From assembly GCA_963730225.1 (NCBI GenBank), contig CAVSQX010000001.1, forward strand, positions 997,805 to 1,061,804: a stretch of DNA of 64,000 bases, read 5' to 3'. The DNA is from an uncultured Phycisphaerales bacterium (GTDB lineage Bacteria > Planctomycetota > Phycisphaerae > Tepidisphaerales > Tepidisphaeraceae). Shown piece by piece: positions 1 to 9,679 of the stretch (position 1 is the first letter of the stretch; each line of letters begins with the position of its first letter). A model generated the notes under the pieces. The model made no database searches. It was not told the origin of the DNA and saw only the letters and a program-made list of their open reading frames with translations. The position numbers and the translations under genes were made by a program.

Positions 1-546
1 TGGTTTAGCGATGCCCAAGGGGCGGGGCTGCGCGAGCCCAACGGTATGGTGCTGGCCACCGCCGACCCTGCGGGCAGGCCGTCGGCGCGGGTCGTGTTGC
101 TGAAGGGAATCGACGGGCGCGGGTTGACTTTTTTCACCAATTACCAGAGCCGAAAGGGCCGAGAGCTCGCGGACAATCCGCAGGCTTGTCTGGTGTTTTA
201 CTGGGAAGCGCTGGAACGACAGGTGCGGATTGAAGGAAGGGTTGTGAAAGTAAGCCGAGCGGAAACGGCGGCGTATTTTCGCACTCGGCCGCGCACGTCG
301 CAGATCGGTGCGTGGGTGTCGAATCAGAGCGGTGTCATTGCATCGCGCCGGGAATTGCTCGACAAAGCGGTCGAGTTACAGACAGGATTTGGCAACGAGC
401 CGATTCCTGCGCCGAGACACTGGGGCGGATACCGTCTGATTCCGCAAACGATCGAGTTGTGGCAGGGCCGGCCGAGCCGATTGCACGATCGCATTCTCTA
501 CACTCGCCGTGGCCGGGGATGGAAGATCCAGCGATTGGCGCCGTAG
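1..546 (+). CDS. pdxH: Pyridoxamine/pyridoxine 5'-phosphate oxidase, 3' part. The N-terminus lies upstream of the window.
   Basis: The reading frame is open from nt 1. The translation [36 protein letters not shown]...[14 protein letters not shown]...[12 protein letters not shown]...WKIQRLAP aligns along its length with E. coli PdxH, including the C-terminal RLHDR...W.I.RLAP motif. Confidence 0.9.
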   Translation, partial: WFSDAQGAGLREPNGMVLATADPAGRPSARVVLLKGIDGRGLTFFTNYQSRKGRELADNPQACLVFYWEALERQVRIEGRVVKVSRAETAAYFRTRPRTSQIGAWVSNQSGVIASRRELLDKAVELQTGFGNEPIPAPRHWGGYRLIPQTIELWQGRPSRLHDRILYTRRGRGWKIQRLAP

Positions 547-548
547 CT

Positions 549-1826
549 TCAGGTGAATCGTCGCACTAGCGCGATGGTTGCCACTCCGACGCCGACACGC
601 ACGCTGACGATAGTCATCGCCGCGCCCGTCGCACCCCATACCGGGATAAGCAGCACACCCCCAACGGTAACCATACCCAAGCCCACCGCCGTCAACACGG
701 TGGTTTGTCTGGGCCGAACGAAATTCAACAACGCTGTGGGCAACGGTGTGAAAACCAGGTTGAAAAGCGTGCCCAGAATCAAAATCTGGAACGGCACGAC
801 GGAATCGTGAAATTTATGCCCCAGAATAATCCGCACGAACGGCCCGCCGGCCAGCCACGCGACGGCGGCGGCGATCGCGCCAGCGGGAATCGCCAGCGCC
901 AGATACTGCCGCTGGAGATGTCGAAACTCCCCGGCGGCGTGTGACGGAGCGATTTTCGGCGCAACGACCGTCTGCACGATGCTGTTGAATGAGTCGGGGA
1001 TCATCGCCAGCGTGAGCGCGCCGGCGTAGATGCCGACTTCGGCAGTTCCGCGAAACCAGTTGAGCAGAAAAATATCGAGCCGCTCGTAGATCGCGCCCAT
1101 CATCAGCGCGGCCACGAGCCATTTGCTGTAGTGCAGAATCGCGATCAGATTTCGCCGGTGCGGCAATCGCGGCCGCAGCACATCGGCCGGCAAAAGAATC
1201 ACCGCGACGGCATAGGCGACATACGGAGCGGCGACGTAAACCATGATCGCCGTCGAAGGGCCCAGCATGTAAAACCGCATCAAGACCGCCACGGCGGCCG
1301 TACGGCCGATCTGCCACACCGCGTCGATCGCCAAAAACGGCAGAAATTGCTGGCTCACCTGAAAATATCCCAGTGCAGAGCGAAGCAGCAGATCACCCAG
1401 GATTCCGGCCGCCATCAGCAGAACCAATCGGTGATAATGCGAAGTTGGCCCGAAGACGATTTTGGAAATCGTCCACGGCACGGCGGCGCTGACAGCAATC
1501 GCTGTGATCCCCAGGGCGACGCGCAGCCAGAACGCGCTTCGGATCACATCCATCGCTCGATTGCGATCGCCGCGCAGATGCAGCGGGGCGTCGCGCATCA
1601 CGGCCATGTCCAGCGGATCGGCAAAACAATCCGTGAAAAGACGGATTGCGTTTTGGCAAAGGGCGTATGTGGCCAGCCGCAGCGGGCCGAGCCGCCGGGC
1701 GATGGCCAGCGTCGCCAGGAACCAAATCCCCAGCAGCCCCGATCGGATGAGCGTAACTGCCAGCATTTGCCGCCGGGGAAGCGCCGCGACTTGCGTTTCC
1801 GGAGCGTTGGTGTTTGGCATAGTCAT
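549..1826 (-). CDS. Wzx/MATE-like polysaccharide biosynthesis (oligosaccharide flippase) family membrane protein
   Basis: 425-aa ORF with about 12 predicted transmembrane helices and flippase-like composition. Convergent with pdxH. The spurious antisense ORFs 1131..1874 and 1393..2034 overlap it. Confidence 0.65.
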   Translation of the reverse strand: MTMPNTNAPETQVAALPRRQMLAVTLIRSGLLGIWFLATLAIARRLGPLRLATYALCQNAIRLFTDCFADPLDMAVMRDAPLHLRGDRNRAMDVIRSAFWLRVALGITAIAVSAAVPWTISKIVFGPTSHYHRLVLLMAAGILGDLLLRSALGYFQVSQQFLPFLAIDAVWQIGRTAAVAVLMRFYMLGPSTAIMVYVAAPYVAYAVAVILLPADVLRPRLPHRRNLIAILHYSKWLVAALMMGAIYERLDIFLLNWFRGTAEVGIYAGALTLAMIPDSFNSIVQTVVAPKIAPSHAAGEFRHLQRQYLALAIPAGAIAAAVAWLAGGPFVRIILGHKFHDSVVPFQILILGTLFNLVFTPLPTALLNFVRPRQTTVLTAVGLGMVTVGGVLLIPVWGATGAAMTIVSVRVGVGVATIALVRRFT

Positions 1827-1944
1827 GAAAAGTCGGATCGCCGACGCCGTGTTTTACGCGGCTCTTGTGTCTGAGCCAATATCTCATACGCTGGAGGCGA
1901 ATCGCAAACGTGGAAACGCGAAGGTTCGGGGAATCGGAGACTTT

Positions 1945-2907
1945 ATGCGCATCATGAAATGGATATCGGTTTTGGCAACGCCGCTGCTTCTGGCTTGGCC
2001 GCAAACGGCCCGGGCCTGGAATGCGACCGGACATGAAACGGTCGCACTAATTGCCTATGATCAGCTCACCGCCGATCAGAAAAAATATTTCGATGGAATC
2101 TTGGAAAATCATCAGCAGCGCGATGAGTTCATCCTCACGGCGCTTCAACCGGGAGACGATCGGCAAACCTTTCTGTTCATCGCCTCGGCCACCTGGCCCG
2201 ACCTGGTGCGAAACCCGCTGAACGGCCTGTCGCGTACGGAGAACCATCCCGCATGGCACTACGTCGATTATCCCTACGATCTCGACGGCAAAACCGGCCC
2301 GCAGCCGGTCGAGCAATGGGACGGCAAAAGCGACCCGGCGAATCTTTTGCAGGCGATGCAAAAAGTGGTTCCGGAATTCAACAATCCGAAAACCACGGCC
2401 GCCCGGCGGGCGATCGATCTGTGCTGGATTTTGCATCTGGTCGGCGACATTCATCAACCCCTGCACGCGACGAGTCTTTATTCCAACACCTATCCCGACG
2501 GCGATCGGGGCGGAAATATGGAGATGGTGCTGGTGAACAATCAGCCCATGGTTTTGCACGCATTCTGGGATGACCTGGAAGGAACCGATGTTCACCTGGT
2601 TCAGATTCGGGCCATCGCCGATCGGATCGAACAAGAGCATCCCGCCGACGAATTGAAGGCGGAATTGGCCAAGACCGACGTGAAGGAATGGGCTCTTGAG
2701 AGTTTGGCAGAGGCCAAATCGAAAGTGTATGACAACGGTAACATACCCGGAATGCCGCGGGATTTGGCGCAGCAGAGCCCCGACGCGGTGCCGTCATTGT
2801 CGGATGCTTACCAGACGGAAGCGCACAAGACGGCCGATATGCGCGTTGCCGAAGCGGGCTACCGGTTGGCGGCGCTGCTGCAACGATTGACGGCCAAGTC
2901 GCCGTGA
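1945..2907 (+). CDS. S1/P1 nuclease family protein, secreted
   Basis: The start at ATG 1945 (MRIMKWISVLATPLLLAWPQTARA) gives a signal peptide directly followed by the WNATGHETVALIAY motif. The HYVDYP and DIHQPLHA zinc-ligand motifs typical of the S1/P1 nuclease family are present. Confidence 0.85.
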   Translation: MRIMKWISVLATPLLLAWPQTARAWNATGHETVALIAYDQLTADQKKYFDGILENHQQRDEFILTALQPGDDRQTFLFIASATWPDLVRNPLNGLSRTENHPAWHYVDYPYDLDGKTGPQPVEQWDGKSDPANLLQAMQKVVPEFNNPKTTAARRAIDLCWILHLVGDIHQPLHATSLYSNTYPDGDRGGNMEMVLVNNQPMVLHAFWDDLEGTDVHLVQIRAIADRIEQEHPADELKAELAKTDVKEWALESLAEAKSKVYDNGNIPGMPRDLAQQSPDAVPSLSDAYQTEAHKTADMRVAEAGYRLAALLQRLTAKSP

Positions 2908-2914
2908 GAGCGAT

Positions 2915-3484
2915 TCAGTGCGTCGGAACGCTTTGCGGCGGATTCGGAATCGAGTTGGTCAATTGCCCCGGAGCAGCTCCGGTCACCGTCGTGCCGGGGG
3001 CGGTAAAGAGATTGGGATGGGCGGCTGTCATAGCCGTGTCGGGACTGATCGTTAATTCCTGCCCGTTTCGTAGAACGACCAATGGCTCGTTGCGCATGTA
3101 CGATTCGTAGACCAGCGACTTGGCCAGCTCGGCATCGTTGTTCATGTCGCGCACTCGCATTTGTCCGACCTGGACGATTTCGTCGCCCTTGAGCAGACCG
3201 TAGGCGGTGGCCATCGGCCCGGTGGGAATGATGGCTTTGATGGTCAGGCCGTGCAGTTGTCCGCCGGCATCGGATTCTTCCAGTGCGATGGAATCCTCCA
3301 CGCGCATTCCGTTGGCGTCCTGGCTGGATAACTGCTGGGCTTGCGATTGGGCCGTGCTGCCGGCGCTGAGGACGGCGGGGATATACCCTTGCCCGTGAGG
3401 TTGCCAGAAAGCGACAACCAGAATGATGGCGACGGCGATGAGGATGCTGAGAAGTCCAATACCGGCTCTCATATCGGCCTCCAC
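2915..3484 (-). CDS. PDZ domain-containing membrane-anchored protein
   Basis: N-terminal transmembrane helix (IGLLSILIAVAIILVVAF) and a PDZ-like GLLKGDEIVQVG segment. It is the last gene of the RnfC/RnfD-like operon. An alternative start lies at 3472. Confidence 0.55.
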   Translation of the reverse strand: MEADMRAGIGLLSILIAVAIILVVAFWQPHGQGYIPAVLSAGSTAQSQAQQLSSQDANGMRVEDSIALEESDAGGQLHGLTIKAIIPTGPMATAYGLLKGDEIVQVGQMRVRDMNNDAELAKSLVYESYMRNEPLVVLRNGQELTISPDTAMTAAHPNLFTAPGTTVTGAAPGQLTNSIPNPPQSVPTH

Positions 3485-3543
3485 GCGAAGGATGACGGAG
3501 ACGAAACAATGATCTTACGACCTGTTTTGCAGTAATTCAAAGC

Positions 3544-4746
3544 TCACACCAGGGTTCTGGGCCGAATCCACTTGTCGATCGCCGGGGTCAGCAGGCTGGC
3601 GATCATCAGTGCCAGGTAGCAGCCGAAGGAAGGGGAAACGTAAAGTTGAAATAGGGCCGCCAAAACCCCGACGGCCAGGGAATACAAAGCCCGTCCGCGG
3701 CAGGTCAAAGGGCTCACGGCGGGGGCGGTGGCGAGAAAAAAGGCGACGAAAAGAAGCGGCGAGGCCAAAACCTGATAGTTGGCAAACGTGATGGCCATGG
3801 GCCAACCAACCGTGGGATCGCGAGCGATCAACCATCGCCATTCGGGTTTATCGGTGATGATAACGGGAATCGGCAACACCAGCAGCGCAACAAAGGCCGA
3901 GAGAATAATGAGCAGGGGAATGCGGAAATCGATCAGGCGACGGTAAAGAAGAAACAATCCACCGACGATGACGGCGATGCCGCTGGAGGTGCCGATGGGT
4001 CCGGGCACGGCGCCGAGAATAAGATCCTCCAGGGGAGGCATGCGATCACGGAGAAGGCCCTCCAGCGACAGCCAGGCGCGATCGGGAGAAACCTGGCTGG
4101 TGGTGTAGGCCTGAAGATTTTCCGAGGCGGCGGTTTGGGTGAGCGCGTCCTGGCCGGTCTGAATCTGCCGGCGATACCACGGCAACTGCGGCATGACAGC
4201 CGGCGTCCAAAGCGGGGCGCTGAGAACATCGCCCAAAACCATTCGATTGCGCTGCAACATGTGCTGCGGCGTCAAGGACGGACCGTACCAGACGATCAGA
4301 ATCAGATACGTCACCACGACGGGATGAATGCGGCCCAACCCGAGACCACCAAGGATCCAACAGAAGATCACCAGAAGGGCGCCGGCCGCGGGAAGAATCG
4401 GCCAGCGTTCGGCGAGATCGAGCTTGAGGTGCCCGGCCAGATGCGCGGGAAGGATCAGGCTCAGCAGCAGTGCGAGCCAGAGGATGTAAGCGTAATCGAG
4501 CTGACCGCCGCGGATGCCGACACGACGCCAGAAGAACGCCATCCCCGCCGCCGAAAGCATGACGATGGCGACGGCCAATCCAGCGCGCCAGCCGTAAAAA
4601 ATCAGGCCCGCGGTGAGTGGAAACATGGCGGCCGAAACGTGCATGAAAAAATAACGGCTCAGGGTAATGCGACAATGTCCGAGCGTGGGCGCCGCTCGAG
4701 AGTAGGCGTCGGAGATGGGCAGGTCGGCAGCGGTGGATAATGTCAT
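3544..4746 (-). CDS. RnfD/NqrB-family polytopic membrane protein (Rnf-like subunit D)
   Basis: 400-aa polytopic membrane protein. Blocks LGGLGLGRIHPVVVTYLILIVWYGP, GTSSGIAVIVGGLFLLYRRLIDFRIPLL and TAPAVSPLTCRGRALYSLAVG align with the E. coli RsxD/RnfD blocks YGGLGQNPFNPAMIGY, SGILAGAGWQWVNLAWLAGG and TDPVTASTTNRGRLIFGA. Its start overlaps the upstream gene's stop (ATGA at 4743-4746). Confidence 0.6.
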   Translation of the reverse strand: MTLSTAADLPISDAYSRAAPTLGHCRITLSRYFFMHVSAAMFPLTAGLIFYGWRAGLAVAIVMLSAAGMAFFWRRVGIRGGQLDYAYILWLALLLSLILPAHLAGHLKLDLAERWPILPAAGALLVIFCWILGGLGLGRIHPVVVTYLILIVWYGPSLTPQHMLQRNRMVLGDVLSAPLWTPAVMPQLPWYRRQIQTGQDALTQTAASENLQAYTTSQVSPDRAWLSLEGLLRDRMPPLEDLILGAVPGPIGTSSGIAVIVGGLFLLYRRLIDFRIPLLIILSAFVALLVLPIPVIITDKPEWRWLIARDPTVGWPMAITFANYQVLASPLLFVAFFLATAPAVSPLTCRGRALYSLAVGVLAALFQLYVSPSFGCYLALMIASLLTPAIDKWIRPRTLV

Positions 4747-6011
4747 GCCAACACGCTGAACGGGTTGGAGCCGCCTCGCTTCAATTTACGGATCGCCTTG
4801 AGCAGCGGCAATCGGGATGGACAGACATAGGAGCAGATTCCGCATTCGATGCAGGCGTGCAGGCCGAATCGTTTGGCCAGAGAAAGATCGTTCTGCTGGG
4901 CCGCTTCCAGCAGTCGAGCCGGCTGCACGCGCGTCGGACAGGCGTCCATGCACCAACCGCAGCGGACGCAGGGATCGGGGTTGATTGATGCGTCGGTAGC
5001 GCTGAGGTGCACCGTGAGTTCGCCGGGCCCGACGACGGCCGTCGATGGAAGCACGACATCGCGCAGAAAATCCCCGACCCGAAAGACGGGCGTTTGCCAG
5101 GGAAGGCCCAGAAACGTGCAGATGTGGGCCAAATGCGTGCCCGGCACGACAGCCAGGAAATAAGACCGCCCCGTGAGATGATCGCGCACCGCCAGCGGAA
5201 TTGCGGGCAACGGGCGTCCATGTAGAGCCAAATACCCAACCGCAATGGCGGCGACGGCGTCAAGCAACAAAACCCCGTGCTGGGCGGGCGATTCATCGGG
5301 CTGGCGTCGGCGCTTGGTCAACGTGTACAGCAAAACGGTGGGATCGGCTTGCGGATAGTCGGCGGGCAATTGCGCGACGCGCAGGCCGTCGGCGCGAATC
5401 AGCGGATCCAACGTGGTCAGCGAGCGCGGCGAAGTGGCTGGATCGACCGCCAACCGTGTTCGCTTCACACCGCTGAGTTGCGAAAGCAAGTTGATTCCCG
5501 CCGCTAACTCGTGCGGGAAGCAGTAGGCCGCGAGGGAATTAATCGGCAGATTCGGATCGCAATCCAGCAGGCAGCAGATCAGCGAATCGAGCGGTTGCTG
5601 TTGGCCGATCCGCAGTTGCTCCAGCAGATCAGGACTGCCCCATCGCAGCGCGTTGACACCGACGCGCTGGAGGTAGTCGATCCATGGGCCCAGCTCGGTA
5701 CTTCGGAACGGCGGATGCACTGTGGAATCGGGGGCGAGGGATTCCGATTTTTCGGCGACGGTTTCCATCTCCACCGCATCGATGATCTGGCCGTTCAGAA
5801 GATATGCCCGGGCGGGTCCGATGATTTTCCCGGCGGCTGGCGAGAAGCCGTGTCCGTCCAGAGTCAGTGCGTCGCCGATGGCCAGAATCGAACCGGCCGG
5901 CCGCGGTTGGAATCCCCGGGAAAGAACCGGAACCGTCAGACGGGCAGGAAGTGAGATCGGATGGAATGCGGCAGCGCTGGTCTTTCGTTGGGAGTTGGAG
6001 GGCGCGGCCAT
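4743..6011 (-). CDS. RnfC-like protein with a C-terminal 2x[4Fe-4S] ferredoxin domain
   Basis: C-terminal motifs CVRCGWCMDACP and CIECGICSYVCP match the RnfC/RsxC dicluster region. The ORF listed in the track (4743..6296) has an Arg/Pro-rich 95-aa N-terminal tail that overlaps the upstream gene. The likely true start is ATG 6011 (MAAPSNS...). Confidence 0.6.
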   Translation of the reverse strand: MAAPSNSQRKTSAAAFHPISLPARLTVPVLSRGFQPRPAGSILAIGDALTLDGHGFSPAAGKIIGPARAYLLNGQIIDAVEMETVAEKSESLAPDSTVHPPFRSTELGPWIDYLQRVGVNALRWGSPDLLEQLRIGQQQPLDSLICCLLDCDPNLPINSLAAYCFPHELAAGINLLSQLSGVKRTRLAVDPATSPRSLTTLDPLIRADGLRVAQLPADYPQADPTVLLYTLTKRRRQPDESPAQHGVLLLDAVAAIAVGYLALHGRPLPAIPLAVRDHLTGRSYFLAVVPGTHLAHICTFLGLPWQTPVFRVGDFLRDVVLPSTAVVGPGELTVHLSATDASINPDPCVRCGWCMDACPTRVQPARLLEAAQQNDLSLAKRFGLHACIECGICSYVCPSRLPLLKAIRKLKRGGSNPFSVLA

Positions 6012-6016
6012 GGCAT

Positions 6017-6877
6017 TCACCCGCCCACCAGCGGAATTCGCTGGGCCTTGCACAGGGATTTCAGGGCGTCGACGGCGACGGTGAAAAGCTCGGGCCCGGT
6101 GAAACCGTTGAACTGCGCGGAACTGGCCAGATGGGGTTCGAGGCTGAGGAATCCGCGATAACCGCTGGAGTAGGCATCGGAGAGAATCTCGGCCAGATGA
6201 CCGTCTCCCTTGCCGGCGGCCACGACGCGGCCGTCGGCGGCCAGGGCATCCTTGATGTGAATGTGCGTCGTGTACGGCTTGAGCGCGGGCCAACAATCCA
6301 GCGGATTCTCTTTGGCCTGCACGAAGTTGGCGAAATCGAAGGCGGTGCGAAGCTGCGGAGATTCAAACGTCTTCATCAGATCGACGCAGGCGGCGCCTTT
6401 TTCGCCGAAAATGTGCTTCTCGTTTTCATGGACCAGCGTGAGGTTGCGATGACGAATGAAATCGAGCTTGGCCTGGAATCGGCGCATGACTTCGTCGCGG
6501 TGAAGGCGAAAATCGCCCTGCTCCGGGGGGTAGTAACTGAAGACGCGGATCATCGGAGCGTCGAAGAACTCGGCGGCGTCGACGGCAATCTTGAATCGTT
6601 CGAAATGCGGCTCCCACGGATCGGTGATCTTCACTTTTCCGATCGGCGAGCCGATGCCGATGACGGCCAGGCCGGCGGACTCCAGGGCTGATTTGATTTG
6701 GCGGCGTTGCGATGGATCCAAATCCAGCACATTTTTGTCCCAGACGCCGCGCAGCTCGAAATGCGTCACACCATTTTTTTTGCAGACCTGAATCTGCACG
6801 TTCAGGTCGGGCGAAATCTCGTCGGCGAAACCGGCCAGTTTCAGCATGAAAACTCCTGCGATGACGTTCCGAGCCAA
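6017..6877 (-). CDS. Sugar phosphate isomerase/epimerase (xylose isomerase-like TIM barrel) family protein
   Basis: The N-terminal MLKLAGFADEIS motif and the overall pattern are typical of xylose-isomerase-like TIM-barrel proteins. It is the first gene of the operon, with a 5-bp gap to the RnfC-like gene. Confidence 0.7.
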   Translation of the reverse strand: MARNVIAGVFMLKLAGFADEISPDLNVQIQVCKKNGVTHFELRGVWDKNVLDLDPSQRRQIKSALESAGLAVIGIGSPIGKVKITDPWEPHFERFKIAVDAAEFFDAPMIRVFSYYPPEQGDFRLHRDEVMRRFQAKLDFIRHRNLTLVHENEKHIFGEKGAACVDLMKTFESPQLRTAFDFANFVQAKENPLDCWPALKPYTTHIHIKDALAADGRVVAAGKGDGHLAEILSDAYSSGYRGFLSLEPHLASSAQFNGFTGPELFTVAVDALKSLCKAQRIPLVGG

Positions 6878-6909
6878 TCGTCGGTGGAACGAGCGGTGCC
6901 GTCAAGCGA

Positions 6910-7290
6910 TTGGCCGTCGAGGCCGGGCGTGTTAGATTTGGCGTGGCTGTGACGGAATCGACGAAACATCCCGTGCTTGTTTTGGTGAAGGATTTGCTCT
7001 TCTCCAGCCGAATCAGCGCGACGGCTTCGGCCCGGGGCGTGGCGTGCAAAATCATCCGCGATCCGGCGAAGCTGTCGGACGAAGCGGGCCAGCGGCTGAT
7101 CGTGGATTTGAATCAGCCCGAGGCGATTCCGGCGGCGGCGACATGGCGGGAAAAAACCGGCGGAACGGTGATTGGATTCGTCGCCCACACCGACGCGGCG
7201 GCGATTCAGCAGGCCAAGGCCGCGGGCATCGACCGAATCATGGTGCGGAGTCAGTTTGTGGAATCGCTGGAAGCGTTGCTGGCGGATTAG
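6910..7290 (+). CDS. Hypothetical protein
   Basis: 126-aa ORF with protein-like composition (VLVLVKDLLFSS...GIDRIMVRSQFVESLEALL). It sits between two minus-strand gene groups. No recognisable family, and the start is uncertain. Confidence 0.3.
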   Translation: MAVEAGRVRFGVAVTESTKHPVLVLVKDLLFSSRISATASARGVACKIIRDPAKLSDEAGQRLIVDLNQPEAIPAAATWREKTGGTVIGFVAHTDAAAIQQAKAAGIDRIMVRSQFVESLEALLAD

Positions 7291-7870
7291 AACTGGCGCG
7301 GGCGTCGGCGACGGCGGCCTTAACATCGTCGAGAATCTGCCGCACCTGGGCGGCGCTTTCGACGGCGTCAAATCTCCCCTTGATTTTGAACATGCCGAGC
7401 CGATCAACCAGTTCGCCGCGCGATTCGGCCAGCTTTAACAGGCCGTTGTCGAGAATGACCGATGCGCCCGCACCACCGGGGGTGATCGAGACGAAAGCGG
7501 TGCCGGAATAATGGATCATGCTGGTTCCCTCGACGGTGGGCCGGCCCAGCACGTACCAGTGCAGAGCGGCATTGGTGGCGGCGGGCGAATTGGCGGTGGC
7601 GCCGGCCATCGGACGCCAGAGTAGTCGAATTTCCAGGACCTGCCTTATCGGCGGCACGGCGGTGGAAACCAACGGCTTGTTGGCGTCGGCCGGGGGCACG
7701 TCGTCAAGGGGATCGTGGGTGAGAACAACCTGATAATCTCCGTCGGAATCGCGCATGGTGAACGCCTGCGTGAAATGCTGGAGATATCGCTGGTGGGAAT
7801 CGACGGGCGTGACGGAAATCACCGGGGTGGCGACCCCGCAACCGGTAAGGATCGTCAGGGCAATCGCCAT
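7238..7870 (-). CDS. Lipoprotein
   Basis: Internal start MAIALTILTGCGV has a lipobox (LTGC). The upstream 200 aa of the 416-aa ORF in the track are Pro/Ser/Arg-rich and overlap the amidohydrolase gene, so they were discarded. Confidence 0.45.
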   Translation of the reverse strand: MAIALTILTGCGVATPVISVTPVDSHQRYLQHFTQAFTMRDSDGDYQVVLTHDPLDDVPPADANKPLVSTAVPPIRQVLEIRLLWRPMAGATANSPAATNAALHWYVLGRPTVEGTSMIHYSGTAFVSITPGGAGASVILDNGLLKLAESRGELVDRLGMFKIKGRFDAVESAAQVRQILDDVKAAVADARASSNPPATLPAIPQTDSAP

Positions 7871-7896
7871 TCCGCAGATGCGACGCAAAGCGAAAC

Positions 7897-8774
7897 TTAC
7901 GACAGGCCAAGCAGAGCCAATGCATCTCGCTCGACGATGCCACGCAGAGCTTCCCGTGGAACCACCGGCAGGTTGGTGCCTTGGGCAATCTGATTGATGC
8001 TGTAGAGGGCTTCGATGCATTCGCTGGCCACGGTGTACGGGAAATCGCTGCCGAACAAAAGCTTGTCGATCACCTGATTTTGGTGGCGCAGACCAGCGCG
8101 GTGTAAGCGAGCCAATTGCGGGAGAGAAGTCCGCTGACTTCGGCAAAGACATTTTCGTGCTTTCCCAGAAGGCAGATGGTTTCGTCGATCCAGGGCTGGC
8201 CGAGTTGGGCGATGATGATCGGCAGCTTGGGAAAAGTGCGGGCCACTTCGTCGAGCAGGAAGGGCCGGGCGAATTCGAGCCGGCTCTGCTGGGTGTATTG
8301 GCCGACCGAATGGAAGAGAATCGGCATTCGCATCTGCTCGGCCTGGGCGTAGAGGCGCATGGCGCGGGTGTCGGCGGGATGAAAATCCTGGTTGGCGGGA
8401 GAAATGGTGATGCCGCGGAGCTGCAAGTCGTTTTTGGCGATTCGCAATTCGTCCAGGGCGGAGGATTCAGTCGGATCGATGCCGGCAAATCCGATCAGTT
8501 TCTGTGGGAATCGATTGACGTAATCGGCGACGAAACGATTGGGGATTTCAGCCTGGAGAAATCGGCTTTTAAATCCCAGGACAAAGGATTTATCCACCGT
8601 GGAGCTTTCGGCCCAGTGATGATCGGGATCGGCGGCGAAGGTCGTCCGCCAGGGAGCGCGGGGCCCTGCCAATCGGGCGGATTGTGGCCGGGCCGCGCGC
8701 CATGGCTGGCCCCATTCGAGTTGGCCCAACTGCTCGGGCGATTGCCAGACATGCGTATGACAATCAACGATCAT
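7897..8774 (-). CDS. Amidohydrolase-2 family (TIM-barrel metal-dependent hydrolase) protein, split by an apparent frameshift near 8070-8115
   Basis: N-terminal part (8070..8774) begins MIVDCHTHVW, the metal-binding start. C-terminal part (7897..8115) carries FGSDFPY. The two parts are in different frames and overlap. Confidence 0.7.
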
Positions 8775-9093
8775 AGATACGAAGCAAGTCTATGGTTTTT
8801 CGCTGACAGGTCAAAGGTGGGCCGGTTTTCGCCGATTTTGAGCGGCAAAGCGGCAAAAGAACGCCGCGGAAGCGACCGGGGACACGACGGCACAAGACCG
8901 GGTCTGTTTAAGGCTGCTTCCTTTCGGACCTGACCTGGTTCACAGCCGACCCTTGCATCGGACCCGGCCGCATTCCGCGGCGTCGAGCGGGATTATACGT
9001 GACGCCGCGGTTGCGTCCAAATTCGCGGAACATCGAGAATCGCTGAGGGATCGGCGGGTGGATACAATCCGATCGTCGGTGCTGTCGTGGATC

Positions 9094-9513
9094 ATGATTA
9101 TGCGAACCAATGCAGTGGCCATCATCGCGCTCGCGGCGACGTTCCTGATGGGATGCCAGACCGTGCAAACACCCCACAGCGATGGATTGCCGGTTGCCAT
9201 GTGGATTCCGATGGAATTGGCCGATCAGCAAGGACATGTTTTTCAGGCTCAAGCGCGCGGTCTGGTCGCTGGAGTTCTGAGCGACTCGGGGCTTCATCCG
9301 ACCATGGTTAATGGCGGCGTCTTCATTCCCGACGACGAAGAAGCACAGGCACGGGAGATACTTTTGACCGATCCCCGTCTGGTGGGGACCGGAGTAGTGG
9401 TGCTATTGGCGATTCCTGCCGGCACCGGCCGCAAAACGTCGGATGGGTTCGATGTGCCCATCGTGGGTCCGCGGAGTGCGGTGCGCCCGCCGGCCACAGC
9501 GCCGAGCAATTGA
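9094..9513 (+). CDS. Lipoprotein
   Basis: ATG 9094 gives MIMRTNAVAIIALAATFLMGCQT, a signal peptide with a lipobox. Confidence 0.45.
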   Translation: MIMRTNAVAIIALAATFLMGCQTVQTPHSDGLPVAMWIPMELADQQGHVFQAQARGLVAGVLSDSGLHPTMVNGGVFIPDDEEAQAREILLTDPRLVGTGVVVLLAIPAGTGRKTSDGFDVPIVGPRSAVRPPATAPSN

Positions 9514-9679
9514 CTGATCAGCAACGGACTTTTGTGCATGGCCCGTGTGCGATCGCCTCCGGCTGGCGCCGCCGGGCCGTTTGCCGCTGTCGGCTGTGAC
9601 CGATAACATGATGCCGCGTTTGCGGCCAGCGCCAAAAGCCGAAGAACCGTAATAACCCCGCGACCGCTGGCGGTCGACG

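Noticed and set aside
1131-2034. ORFs 1131..1874 (+) and 1393..2034 (-)
   Set aside because: Overlap the flippase-like gene and S1/P1 nuclease in alternative frames. Arg-rich translations.
7238-8488. Full 416-aa ORF as one gene
   Set aside because: N-terminal 200 aa are Pro/Ser/Arg-rich and overlap the amidohydrolase gene. Only the C-terminal lipoprotein portion from the lipobox-bearing ATG at 7870 was kept.
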